Shown: one piece after another, positions 13,598 to 26,800 of the stretch | How positions within the stretch are numbered: position 1 is the stretch's first letter | Layout of the letters: every line of letters starts with the position of its first letter | Made by a program: the position numbers and the translations under genes | The notes under the pieces: model-generated | Told to the model about the DNA's origin: nothing | Database searches by the model: none | What the model saw: only the letters and a program-made list of their open reading frames with translations | NCBI GenBank assembly: GCA_964187785.1 | Contig: OZ076409.1 | Location: 6,264,001-6,328,000, forward strand | DNA length: 64,000 nt | DNA from: Amphiscolops sp. MND2022 | Lineage: Eukaryota | Reading direction: 5' to 3'

Positions 13598-14090
13598 AAC
13601 AAGACGGGAACGTCTAAAGTCGGCGCTATATCTAAGGCTCAAAATGCGCAAAAGACTTTTTTAAAAAAAGTTGAAATTTGTTGATTTTTTTCTTTCAGAA
13701 AATGTCGCATAGTGCCGAAAAATGTAAAAGGGGGGACCCTTTGGGCTTTATTAACATATATTCTGTTGCAAAATATCAAAAAACTCGAAAGGGGGACTCT
13801 TTTGAGGCTTTAAAAAATTTTCGAAAAAAATCGCACAATGCAGAAAAAAATCGGACCTTTTAGTCTCGTCCGGTTTTGTAGGTTACGGTAAAAAAGTAAA
13901 AAATGAAAGGGGGGACCCTTTTGCACTAATTTCCGCTGATCAGACTTGGTCTTATGCTAGTAGTTTTAGTAGTTTCGATTGTAAGAAAAGTGGCCCAATC
14001 AGAGTGAGATTGTAGTCTGACGAAAAAAAGAAAAAAAAACTAGCCACTATAAGAGTCGGGCACTTCCCTTACAAAAGCGCCGACTAAAAA
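13598..14090 (-). mobile_element. HINE-like element family A
   Basis: AACAAGACGGGAACGTCTAAAGTCGGCGC ... GCGCCGACTAAAAA; GGGGGACCCTTT core repeats. Confidence 0.7.
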
Positions 14091-14432
14091 CGGAACACTC
14101 TTTTGAAAATGCTTGAGCTCTCAAAGTGTCAACGAACGCTTTGAAACAACTCTGAACATTGCAATTCAGCTGGTCAGTCATTGAACTTGACTTTTTTTCA
14201 TCGAAGCCACTTCGTGTTATATTCGGTTAATTCCGGCTCCCTGATCTCTACCGAGTTTCGGTTCAAGGACTGTCTACGTACGAGGAGTTGCTACTAAACA
14301 TACTTAAAGTACATTTAAATGAGATGCTGCATTATACACTTTGATACTTTTGAAGTATAGTCGCTCAAAACTGAGGATAACTTTCTAAACATTATTCTTT
14401 TCTCTTAGTAACTAGTTTAGCAGAATAGAAAA

Positions 14433-15460
14433 TGGCGCAGTTAGCAAATTTTTAAACAATTGAATTGAACTTCTTGTCAAAAAACCTAAAATGGCAGACA
14501 AAAACATATTTCCTAGCGTCGAAGCAAAAGCCACAAACGGGAATCCGGTATTTACACCGAGACAGTGGATTGAGAGATTCCGGCAGTTTTATAAACGGGA
14601 ACACAAAGTAGACATTGTACCGCTTTTGAAAGGGGAAGGAGTAACAGAGAACGGATGGACCGGAAAAGAGCAAGCAATAAAAGAAGACCTCATATGGGGA
14701 GTGGGACCGACCGGAAGCACTCTATCAGATAACCAGCGCCGAATATAAAACGGAACCCGATAGCATAAATGTTAAAGATTTATTCCGGTTAGGCACCGAA
14801 TTCTACATGCCGAAAACAAGCGCTTACCACAAGCGAGGAGACTTCTTCTGGGCAAAACAGACCGAAGTTGAAACGCCGGAGGAGTTTCGAAGACGGTTAT
14901 TCGAAATTCAAAAAGGATGTAACATTAACCACAATTCCGGCTGCAGAACTGTTGATATCAAAGTAAAGGACAGCAATCACCAATAGAAAAGTATGGGACA
15001 AAAAATGAAATGCAGAATATTGGAACTGAAGAAAATAGTTTATTTTTTCAAGCAGAAAACATATGAGAATAACAGAAAGAACACAATAACTGAAGCTTTG
15101 ATATCAACAAAAGAAAAGCACATTATAAAAGAAGAACCGATACAAAGAGTGGAACGATTCGGAACAAGACCGAAAAACAGAACCTTCGGTATCCGACATA
15201 GCACATTTTGCAATGCTCCAAACTGCACACCAATGCACAAGTGTCCATCATTAGAAGTTAACTAAAAGAAATGCGGTAGAAACGGACACTATTCGAAAGC
15301 ATACAGATAGGAATTAAACAACAATCAAACAGTAAAAAGAAGAATCGAAGAAAACAAACAGATCGAGCTAATCAAGAAGCGAGTCGGACCAAGTATCCGC
15401 CACATAAAAAGCTAACAAAATTCAAGAAGCCAAGAAACATTTCACCGCGAAAGCAAAAAT
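14433..15460 (+). pseudogene. gag: Degenerate LTR-retrotransposon gag region with putative PBS
   Basis: TGGCGCAGTTAGCA (PBS-like) at 14433, then frameshifted gag-like ORFs (TPRQWIERFRQF..., FFWAKQ...ETPEEF, CxxC/H remnants near 15200-15290). Confidence 0.55.
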
Positions 15461-15626
15461 CAATCTACCGACAACAATGGGACACCCTACAAGACGTTTA
15501 CACTAAACATAAAATTTTCACTGTATACGAAATGTTCATCGTCGAAGTTGTGAAAAGGGTTTTCAAACAGTTACGACTCGAGTCACCCAGGCTATACCTT
15601 GATACAGGTTTAGCCGGTCATGACTA

Positions 15627-18600
15627 GTTCCTGGCATCGGGCTTATCAGTCTTTCAAAGTCATATGGTTGTGGTAAAAACTGTCATGTTACTTCGGTTAA
15701 GTCCTGAAACAAAGCATGTTTTTGTGTTTGTTACCTTCAAAAATTTTTGGTATACGGCACTCCCCCGTATCTATTCGGTCGTTTACATTCTCGATTTGAT
15801 TTTCTAACAATTGTATTTCTTTTGAATCTTTTTTTTTCATTCTCACCGATAGGTATCTTACCGTCAGTATGCAGGTTCAATTCGTCTTCATGATTTGTGC
15901 TGCTTGGCTTATACCCGTTCTTTTTGGATGTATCAAGATTCTTCTTTTCGAAATCATTTTCGTCGTCTATTTCGCCATCTTCGCTCTGATTCCGATTCGG
16001 ATTTTAGCGTCCGATTCTGTATGATTTTTAGCGTTCCATTCAGTATATCTCGGAGTATCTCATTCCACAGAATGTATTATCCGTCTTCCCCTTGAAGAAA
16101 ATGTGGACTCTTCGGGATGATTCTGTCCCGGATTTGCGATGCTCGTTTTTTCTTTTTTTTTTCGTCCTGGAAAACAATCGCTCCCGAAATATGTTCTCGG
16201 GAGTTTCGTGTTCTGCTTTCGGTAGTTACGGTATGTTCAGTTTCGCTGACCGCGGTTTGCCATTTTAAAAAAAATTTCTCTCGCGATATTTTTATTGTAG
16301 TTTTTTCCTACAAGTTTTAGAGGATACTCACTAACCGTATTTCATTTTCGGCTGTTTTTTCACTGTTTTTCATCAGCTCGGTTTTTGTCAACACGAGGTA
16401 GATCGTAATGTCTCCTTCTCCATCCCTTGACACGCAGATGGTCTTTTTGCCTTTTTCATAGCTGAAACAGACAGTGCGGACCAATCAAAAGGGTACAATA
16501 AACCGTCTTCAACCAGATTGGATAATTCGTTTCGTGGTTTTTTACAGCGATGTATTTCAAAGAATGTTAATTTCAATTCCGTGAAAAGTTCAATTCGCAT
16601 TACGTTTAATGCTCTATTACTATACTCGGCCAGTCTTAAACTATCATCTGAATTGGCCATCATCAGGTTCTTCATAGTTTGTATTGCGCGTTCTGCTACA
16701 CCCATACCGGTATGTTTTCTTGGTGCGCAAAGGTTTTTTTCAAATTTCTTTGACTTTTAAAACTCGATAATTTCTTTCGAAATTAATGTTCAGCCCTAAT
16801 CGGAATCAATTTTTTCGGTATTCAGTATAAAGATGAACAGAAGGAAACTTATCACCTTCCTTGGTTTCAGAAATAATTACAACTGTACAATTGCAATGAC
16901 TGAAGTAACTGAAGATTTGAGACAAGAAATTGATAAACGAAATCGAGGTTATGTTTTGCTCATTGATTTGAAAAAAGCATCTGACACTAAAGATCGTGAA
17001 CTCATGGTGGCAAAACTGGAAGTGTACGGATTCCGTGGACCCATTTTCCATCTTATTCAAAACTGTTCAAAGAATTGCACTCAGTATGTCTTTCATCAGG
17101 GTAAAATTAATCAATATCCTAAGTAAAAACCGGTGTGTCGCAGGGGTTTATTCTAGCCTTTTTTCTTTTCATACTGTACATCAATGATTCACCAGACTGT
17201 TTTCCAAAAAGTCGAATTGCATTGTGTGCTTACGATACCTCCCTGTACAACTTCGGAGCTAAAGCAAAGTACGAAATTTGCAACGATGCTAAGACAGCAA
17301 GAAGCTGGTTCAATGACAAAAAATTGATCTTCAACACCTTTAAATGTGAATCATTAAGCTTTGGGACTCGTGAACTTTTCAGCTCGAGCTGTTCGGTGCA
17401 GAAATTCGTTTGCAGACGCTTTGCAAAGACTTTGGTGTTTATCTGGACGGTAAACTCACTTTTGAAAAACAGATAGAGCACGCACTAAACAAACTGAATA
17501 CTTTTTGTCGAATAGTATATAGTATCCGTGACCGTTTCCCGCAAAAAAGTTTTGTTTTTTTATTACGTCTAAGGTCAATCAGTATTTACGTATGGTCTCA
17601 TCAACTATCGATCTACTTAAAAAACGAACATTGAGCCTATCAATAAAGCTCAGCGAAGAAATTTCTGGGCTATTTTCTACCGACGACAATGGGACACCCT
17701 ACAAGACGTTTACACTAAACATAAATTTTTCAATGTCTACGAAATGTTCATCGTCGAAGTGGCGAAAAAGGTTTTCTAACAATTTTGACTCGAGTCACCC
17801 AGGGTGTACCTTGATACAGGTTTAGCCGGTCATGACTACAACACTAGAAGAAAAAAAAGGTCTGCTACCGTCTACATATAACAGCTTGGTTCTAAAACAG
17901 CGAAGTTTAACAAATGTACTCCGAAAAGCCTACCATTGGCTAAATTTACTCAATATAAATTCTACGGCACTGAGGAACATTACTGCGGAGCAAGTCTTTG
18001 AAATTGTAAGAAACATAATTGGAGTCTACGTAAATGATAACAAGGATCTATTCAAACTCTTTTTTTTCTACCACGACTCGGAAGACTTATTGGAAAGTTT
18101 GTACACAGCAAGTTGGTTCTCACGGTCAAAAGCTCGACTAGCTGAAAAGCTCTTCTTTTTTCTTTTTCTAAAAGATATCTTTAACGTTTAGTTTCGTTGT
18201 GTAACTTTTGGAATAATTAAACAATTCTATTCTATTTATTTTGAATATTTTACAAATTTTTACGATTGGCCTTTTTCTAAATGTCTATATTGCTATTAAC
18301 AATTGGCTTTCGCCATTCCATTTTCAACTGTTCAATTTGTCGATTAAATCAATTGAACTTTCTGTCCCTGTTCGGTAATTGTTTCTACTTATCCGCTTTC
18401 AGGTTTAGGTATTTGATATTTGAAATTCTTACCGGACGCTAAACAGGCATTGCAGTTTTTGACTTTATCTTCTATGACTCTTCTGGCCACCTGAAAAGTT
18501 TTGCATCAGCAGCCATCTCCGTGGTTCTGCATGACCAAAGTGTAGAGTATCCAATAGCTTCTTGCGAAGTTGGGCCGGTGATACAATTTTGTCGTAAAGG

Positions 18601-18890
18601 AATGTTGTTCCCCGGGTCTGGCTATCTCCCATCGTCTTTCCATTAATCTTCTTGTCTCCGGATTATTCTCACGTCGTGGAAAACTCTCCCTTGTTTCTGC
18701 AAACGCCCCAGTGGAAACATGCTCGATTCATTTTTTGCCCAAAAAGGTGATAATGGTAACGTTTAACAATTATGAAATGGAAACGTTTCCAGCGTTTGAG
18801 TTTTTGTGAACTGCTAAGTGGACTAAGTTCCGCTTGTTCGTTTATTTTGTTAACGTCTCAGTTTTTCTCAAATTTTCCTGTCATTTTCCG
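15627..18890 (-). pseudogene. Degenerate Ty3/Gypsy integrase/3' internal region (second tandem copy), interrupted by a LINE
   Basis: Colinear paralog of 19320-20880 and 40290-40560; integrase motif G.AERAIQT.KN (16388-16705) and HHCC remnant near 18430-18560. Confidence 0.7.
16824..18235 (+). pseudogene. 5'-truncated non-LTR (CR1/L2-like) retrotransposon RT fragment
   Basis: IDLKKA.DT, GV.QG.IL...LF.LYIND, degenerate YADD (CAYDT), GVYLD..L.F..I motifs across frameshifts; TTCTA-repeat 3' tail. A 160-bp piece is duplicated at ~15465-15625. Confidence 0.8.
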
Positions 18891-21588
18891 TTCGGAATGG
18901 TTGTCAGGGAAAAAAAACGACAGAAAATAAAGATTCAAACTGTTTTTAACAGACACTCAAAACAAAACTGAAGTACTTTCACATAATTATGTAAATGATT
19001 CGTTAAAATAAAGGTAACAGGAAGCATATTGCATGTTTTGCCACTTGGTTGGATAAAAATTAGTTTTGAAATTGATGATCTCTTACTATGCCAAACTATA
19101 CTTATCAAACATACTACAGCAACGGCTCCGTAGCAAAACTAATCCAATGTACATATGTTTTTAACTATGTATCAACAAAAGGAGGAACGATTCTAGTTTG
19201 TTGATGAATGTTCTTTTTCAGTTTGATTGGCACTTCATTTTAGTGAACCGAATTTTTTCAGACGCGGTTTTACACCGTATTACATTCCCCTCTCGGGCTC
19301 TTTCCTCAATTTGGAAGTTGCTGGCATCGAGCTCATCAGTCTTTCAAAGTCCAAAGTCATATAGTCGTGGTAAATACTGTCTTGTTATTTCGGTTATGTC
19401 TTGAAACAAAGCATGTATTTGAGTTTGTTACCTTCAAAAGTTTTTGATATACGGCACTCCCCCGTACCTATTCGGCCGTTTACATTCTCGATTTGATCTT
19501 CTAACAAATTGTTTTATTTTGAATTTTATTTTTCACTCTCACCGATAGGTATCTCATCATTAGAATGCAGGGTTTATTCTTCTTCGGGATTTGTGCTGCT
19601 TGGCTTAGACCCGTTCTTTTCGGATGTATCTGGATTTTTCTTTTCGCAATCTTTTCTTCGTCTATTTTGACTTCATCGCTCTGATTGTCCGATTCTGTAT
19701 GATTTTCAGCTTCCCATTCAGTATATCTCGGAGTATCTCATTCCTCAGAATGTAATATCCGTCTTCCCCTTGAAGAAAAAGTGGACTTTTCGGGATGATT
19801 CTGTCTCCGATTTGCGATGCCCGGATTTGTTTTTTTTTCGTTCGGAAATACCATCGGTCCCGAAATTGTTTTCGGTAGTTACGGTATGTTCAGTTTCGCT
19901 GACCGCGGTTTGCAATGTTTTGGAGTTTTCTTTCGGGATATTTTTATCTGATGTTTTTTTTCCACAAATTTCAAAGTATAACCATTAACCGTATTTTTCT
20001 TTTTCGGTTGACTTTTCTGTTTTTCTTCGGCTTGGTTTTTGTTATCACGAGGTAGTTTGTGATGTCTCCGTCTCCGTCCCTTGATACGTAGATGGTCTTT
20101 TTGGCTTTTTCATAGCTGAAACAGACAGTGCGGACCAATCAGAAGGGTACAATTTACCGTCTTTAACCAGATTGAATACTTCGTTTCGTCGTTTTTCACA
20201 GCTATGTAATCCAAAGAATGTTAATTTTAATCCCGTTAAATTGTAAATTCTCTTTACGTTTATTGCTCAATAACCGAATTCGGTCAGGCTTAAGGTATCT
20301 TCTAAATTGGCCATCATCAGGTTCTTCATGTTTTGATTGCCCGTTCTGCTACTCCCAAACCGGTATGCATTCTTGGTGTGCAAAATTCGTTTTCAATTTT
20401 TTTTGACCATCAAAGCTCAATTAGTTCTTTCCAACCAACAATTCAGCCTTTATCCGAACCAAATCTTTCCGGTGTGCTGTATAATATTGTGCATAAGGTA
20501 AATTAGCACGTTCTTCGTCTCGTATATTTTACAAAATTCTACGGTTGGCTTTTTGCTAAATGTATCTTTCGCTAATAGTAATCAGCTTTCTCCATTGAGT
20601 TTTCAGATGTGTACTTTGTCTGTGAAATCAAATTGAATTTTTTGTTGCGGTTCGATAATTGTTTCAACTCTTCCGCTTTCGGCATTTGATACTTGAAGTT
20701 CTTACAGGACGCTAAGCAGGCTTTGCATTTTTTGACTTTATCTTTTATGTATTTGCTGATGTTTGGCCCCTGGAAAAGTTTTATCTCGGCAGCCATCTTG
20801 GTGGATCCGCAAGACCAATGTGTAGAGAGTGCAATAGTTTCTTCCGAAGTTCGGTCGGAACTACAATTTTGTCCTCATTTCATTGACAGTTTTTCGAAAT
20901 GTTGTCTCATTACAGTGGGGTAACCGGCAAGGCCTTCCAAAACTCGGAAAATGTTGGGCAAAAACTCGGGAATGCATGGGCGAGTTTTGTTGTTCATAAC
21001 TGAAAATCTCGGAAACGCATGGGCGAAGTCAACTAATTGTTGAACATAATCTGTCCATTCGTTTCCCACCAAGTGTGGCCTTTCAATTTGATAGAAACTT
21101 TGAATACATATCAAAAAATGTCCGAGATATACCTAATCAACTAAAGATAAGGATTTGCCGATTATCAGAATTTTAGTAAACCCTTCCCAGGTACTTTTTT
21201 TCGAAATAAATTTGAATAATGATTATCAAGCTTTCATGCTTCTCATCATTCCACCTTAAATCGAACAACTCTCATTTAATATAATTGAATAAGCTTAAAC
21301 TCATACTATATATCAATCAATAGGAAGATTAGGAGATTACAAGAAGATTAGATTGGTATCATAAGATCTTTCCGGGGGCTTGTCTTTTTGAACAATTTAA
21401 TCCTCATTACTTTTTGTTTGACTCAATTGTTTAATGTTATTGTTGTCAATTATTACAATGTCGCTCCACTACTGTTCTTTTGCCCCAAATCGAAAACAAA
21501 ATGATTCACAAGAGACTGATTCAATTAAGAAACATAATGGAAAAGATATCACAATTGTTATGGCAATGGATACAAAAAATGAATAAAT

Positions 21589-23156
21589 TTAAAAACTAAA
21601 CTGACTTCTGCAATTATTGGCTGCGGAACGACGATATTCGTCATCGCCATTTAAATTGTCCTGGAAACAATCGATAGATACTCGCACAGTTTTCAGCAGA
21701 AAATCGTTGTTAATTGAAAATTTTAGGCTTTTGATAATGTGGCAGAAAGTTTTAGGGAAGATTGGTGGGAGCATATCCCATTGTCGGCCTAGGGTACTGT
21801 CCCATTCTGCATTTTTGTGGAACTTTTCTGAGTCAGGATCTATATGAAATTTGACTTGGTGTCCAGAACCCATTAAAAAGATATTCTTGGAAATTTCGTC
21901 AACCAAGCAAATGTCCTGATTCATCATTGTGCGTTTGGACTGGGATATCCCGACCAAACGTTTCAGCGCTGACAGGTAATGAAAAGCTCTATTCACAGGT
22001 GAACAAGCTGCGGACAAGTCCAGAGCTTTCTGCTTCATGTAGTTTGCTTCTGTCAACACTAGCTTTACAGCTGGGTAAGTGATGGAGTAGCATCTGTCTT
22101 CTTCATCGACCAGTTTCGCCATGGCCTTCTTCATCTCCACGTCGAACCATATCTTCTCCAATTTCATCGTGAAGACCGTGCTCCTAATGTTTATCGTAAC
22201 GTGGTCACCTGATAACAGAATGCGAATATTCAGTTTCATTTAGTAATAATAATTTATTAACCACTTGAGAAAGATTTATGCGACAAAGTTTCTATAAGCA
22301 TGTAAATTTTTCGAGAGGACGCTCGTGGCAAAAAACTTGGTTTCAGTTTTTTTGTTTGATTTTTTTAGTACCGTAGAAGTTAGACTAGTAATAATCAAAT
22401 TGATCATTTACCTGCTGATGCAATACCATTTTCGCAGGGTACAATGTCCAGAAGTTCGTCTTTCTCGGCAAGACTCGCAATATATGCGGCAATATCAATT
22501 TTCTGTCTGGGAGTGGTTATAGTGGGTTCTGGTTCTGCATCTGTTTCTACTACTCTCTTTTTTTGCCGCGATGGTTGGACATCTTCGGGCTCCGAATCAA
22601 ACTCTGAAGGCTGCCTCGTGTCAGGATGAGTCCAGTTCTTCGGACGAATTTGTTCATAGTCGATGAACTGGATGTCCTTTGTGCGCCCGTCGAAGGAAAC
22701 AGCCATATTTTGCTGGAATGGGTCATTCATGACAACATAACCCGAGTTCAGCAGCTTCGACTCCTCGGCATCTTTTCTAACCTCTTCCAAACTAGGAATG
22801 TCCGCTGGTGATTTCCGTGATGTCCCAGTGAAAAAGATTCTGTCCCCTAGTTGGCGCTTTCTTGGGTCGGGGATGTCAAAAACGGTTTCTGCTGGCTTCT
22901 TGGATTTCCGGCGACCGCGGACATCTTGTAATACTATACATTTTCTAACCGGCCAGCAATTTTGGGGTGTGTTGGGGGACACTTCAATTCTGTCTGATCC
23001 GAATCGCTTCACAAGTTTATCGGGCCAATTGAGGTATTTCACTCGGATTCCAAATGATCCTTCAAACCCAATGATGCGAGCATCTTCCCAAATTTTTGTT
23101 GCAGGATCCAAAACTTGAACTTGCTCTTTCATATCAAAAACACTGATGAAATCCAT
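21589..23156 (-). CDS. Tudor/chromo-barrel-like protein; join complement(22412..23156,21589..22208), ~454 aa
   Basis: In-frame phase-1 intron (GCAG|gtaaat ... ttatcag|GT). N-terminus FDMKEQVQVLD...WEDARII...IRVKYLNW fits the PHF20-Tudor/MRG15 chromo-barrel pattern; possible second barrel (LGDRIFF...GYVV...MAVSFDG...FIDYEQIRP). C-terminal exon not recognised. Confidence 0.6.
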
Positions 23157-23431
23157 TTCAATTAATGAAATTAGTGCTTTATTTTTCAAGAAATTTAATT
23201 TCGTAAACGAGTATTTTCAGTATTGCATTTGCCACTAATGTTTATCAAGCAAGTTTGAGCAAATAAAATCGTTATCGGGACAAATGATTATCAAGTGAGT
23301 TTGATCGACTCAAATCGTTACATACGCATAAGATGAATTTTAAATGTCAGACGCATATTAATTAATTGTCAGACGCATTTTAAATGACAATAAACCCCCA
23401 GACACTTTTGCACGGAACATCCAAAACGTAG

Positions 23432-23760
23432 CACGATAAATTTATAATTTTTTGTCAAACGCTTTTCGATCAAGCAGACGCATTTCAAAATCCACGTGAG
23501 TGTGAGCACGCTAAAACTACAATTACTCGATTTATTTCCGATATAATCAATAACATCAATAACGTAATACGATAATTTTATAATATTTTGTCAAACGCTT
23601 TTCGATCAAGCAGACGCATTTCAAAATCCACGTGAGTGTGAACACGCTAAAACTACAATTACTCGATTTATTTCCGATATAATCAATAACATCAATAACG
23701 TAATACGATAATTTTATAATTTTTTGTCAAACGCTTTGCGAACCAGCAGACGCATTTCAA
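23432..23760. repeat. ~137-bp tandem repeat (about 2.4 copies) in the divergent promoter
   Basis: ACGATAA..TTTTGTCAAACGCTTT..GCAGACGCATTTCAA unit starts at ~23432, ~23569 and ~23705. Confidence 0.85.
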
Positions 23761-23865
23761 GAATGGAAACGCTAGTGTGGAAACGATAAAGTGTCAATAC
23801 GCTTTTGAAAAAACAACAACTACTAGAATAACTTCCAATATAACTTTCGACGTACGACAATCAGG

Positions 23866-26800
23866 ATGACAATACACCCCGAGAAGCTTCTGCACGATTA
23901 CACTGAAACAATTGATGGAAAAAGTTTTGTGGATGCTAAAATTTTGGATGTTTTTGCTGGGCATATTATAAGAGAAAAATCTCGAAAACTGAAAAGCGCG
24001 ATCGAAATAGTAATTGAAGGAACTGAATTAAAACTCGAAGATTGTGTAAAAAACAAAAAAAAACTTGCTTTGTTGCAATTGGAATATTGCAAATAATAAT
24101 TGTTCGTGGTTTACAAAGTGGGTTTCCATGGACACAATTACGAAGAAGATACGTGTCCTATTTTTTCCCAAATACGCCGCAGCTAATTCCCGACTCACAA
24201 CCTTTTGTCAATCCACTTCCAATGCCAACAATCCCAGTGGAGCAGTTTTCTAAACCTGAATCAGGTTTCAGTCAGAAGATGCATACAATTCTCGCAACAT
24301 TAGCAGCTACAGAACAAAAGCGGATTCATACTAAGGCCCAGAAGACCTCTCTGCATCAATTTGAAGCCAAGGCTCTGGTTAAGGGTGTTTTTTCAAACTA
24401 TTTATCGTACGAAAAGCTGAAGTCAGACATATTTATCTGTACTAAAACTGGTAGTTGGATAAATATGATCAACACGCTGAAAAAAACTTTCCATGTCGAT
24501 GGACTGGGTCAAAAACAACTAATTCCTGGTTATACGGCGATCAAAGAGATGTCAAAACCGATGATTTCAAAGTTTATATCCCTATTCAAACCAAAAAACA
24601 CTTTCTCGGGATTCAGAATTGATCTTGTACGTGCTATCAAAGTCATGACATTCATTCTGTTCAAAGGAAGAACTGATTTGCAAGGTCTGAAAGTTGATAT
24701 TTGGGGAGATGGTGTTCAAATAGGGAAAAAGGATCAAACTCGAATGGCCTTCCGTTTTCTCGAAGGAACATCTATCAGCAATCAGTCATCAGATGCACTC
24801 TTCTCTTTTGCTGTTTTCCAAGGTATGTTCTGCTATTTTGTCCTGCTGAATCTTTAAATATAATTTAGCTCTAGGTTAGCTTCGCACACTTTACAATACG
24901 TGTTTACAGGTCACGACGGTCGTTGGTTGCTAGAGCAAAATGTCGGGTACCTGGAACTAGGTGAGCAAGATTCCTCTTGGCTTTACCAGCAGACGAAACA
25001 ACTCCATGACGCCGGAGTCCTTTTAACATACAGTGGAGATCAACCATTCCTAAATCGCCTTCTCATTGGAACCTCTGTTGATCACATGGAGAGTGAAGAA
25101 AATCCATCAAAATTGCAGATGTATCTTGGGAATGACGATTCAGTTAAACCAGAAACCGTGCACGAAAAAAGTGGACATCGAGGTGATGTTCGCCTACCAT
25201 TTCGAACCACCATTCCTCATGAAAGTTTGACGTTTTTGCCAGACATCAGATGCGTTTGTCCCGACGGCACTCATGCAATAACAAGGTGTGTCGAGGGAGA
25301 CATTAGAAAGTTCATGGAGTTGAAAATTCTCCAATCTGAAGATGACTCAGCTACAGTTGATTATATTAGGGAAAATTTTCAGCGCAATTTGACCGAGAGA
25401 GGTTGGAAAGAGCCTGGCTTCGAATTTGACATTGACAAACGCAACAAAAAATGTGCTCCCATTTCCCTTAGTGGCAGAGAAGCTATCACTGGCATTGCTG
25501 ATATGTACGAACTTGCTGAGGCTGGTGTTCAGCATGAACTGTTCGAAGGAGTTTTTTCCGAGAACAAGACTGTTGGAGCCTTGTCGGGTACAAAAAGTGC
25601 AAGCATGAATGTGTTGAAAAATCTTCATCCCAATTCATTCGAAAATATCGAAAGCCCATGTCAAATGAAACTTTTGGTTGCAGCTGAACTCTGGAGAAAG
25701 TCACTAAATCAGCTTACCGTGCTGATGAGGACGAGGAAGAAATTCGAAGAACAGGACTTTTCCGACTATAAATACTGGTCAGAAATCCACTATCACATTT
25801 CGATTGTACTGTTCGATGTAAAACTAGGTTTGACACCGTACAGACTGAAACTGTGCCTGATTCCCCAGCTGTTAGAAGGAGGCTACATTGAATCACCCTT
25901 TAACCACCTGTGCGAAGGCCCCGAAAAATCAAATCATCATGTCCATAGAGACTTTCAGCAAAAGACCATGCGAGGGGGAGGGACAGTTCGACACGCCGAC
26001 CCCATGTTTCTCGAAATGTTTTTCACTTTCTGTTCTGGTCTCCGGTTTTCGACTTTGGAAGGCACAATCGACGAACAGCTCTCACTTTGCCATCAACGGC
26101 TTTTCAATGAACCCATAGAGGTGAACCTATCTTTTTTAGACTCCCTGGGACCAACTGAGAAAGCCATCATTCCCGTTGGAAAAGTTCGAGAGAAGTCCCG
26201 CCTTTTCTTGGGTAAGGATTTTTTTTGTACCTATATGCCCACGTCCAACTTTTTTAGTTATGAAACCTAAGTGGTATAAATTTAGCGAAATTTAGTTGGA
26301 TAAACCAACAATATAGTGTGAATTTTGCTTTTCTTGCGACTCCGAAATAAATGTAGTGGATCGTTGAACAAATGTTTGACTTGAGTTTTGCTGAATATTT
26401 GTATTGCACCGCAACACGTTGACAAATATTAGTCCTAAGTTACTCGGATGAAATACTTCCTCAAAACAGCAACAGATTCCAAGTACCACTGGCGTAGTGG
26501 TTACTTCGTGCGACGTTCCGTCGTTCCGCCGCTCGTTCGCTCTTGGTATACAGGTTCGCTTCTCTGCGCCGCTGTTGGTGCAGCCTTCGGTAACCAGTGG
26601 CTGGTATTGTGTCTGGTATTGTGTGTGGTAGCCATTGGCTGGTATTACTTGCCATAGATGTCGATTGCCGGTGACGACCGCGCATTCAACAACTGTGGCA
26701 ATTAGTGAGTAGATTGAGATTGGAATTCTCTCTGGCGGAAAGAGAAATCCAATCTCAATCTACTTATTTTTATGTTTTCAACTTATTATTTGCAATTAGT

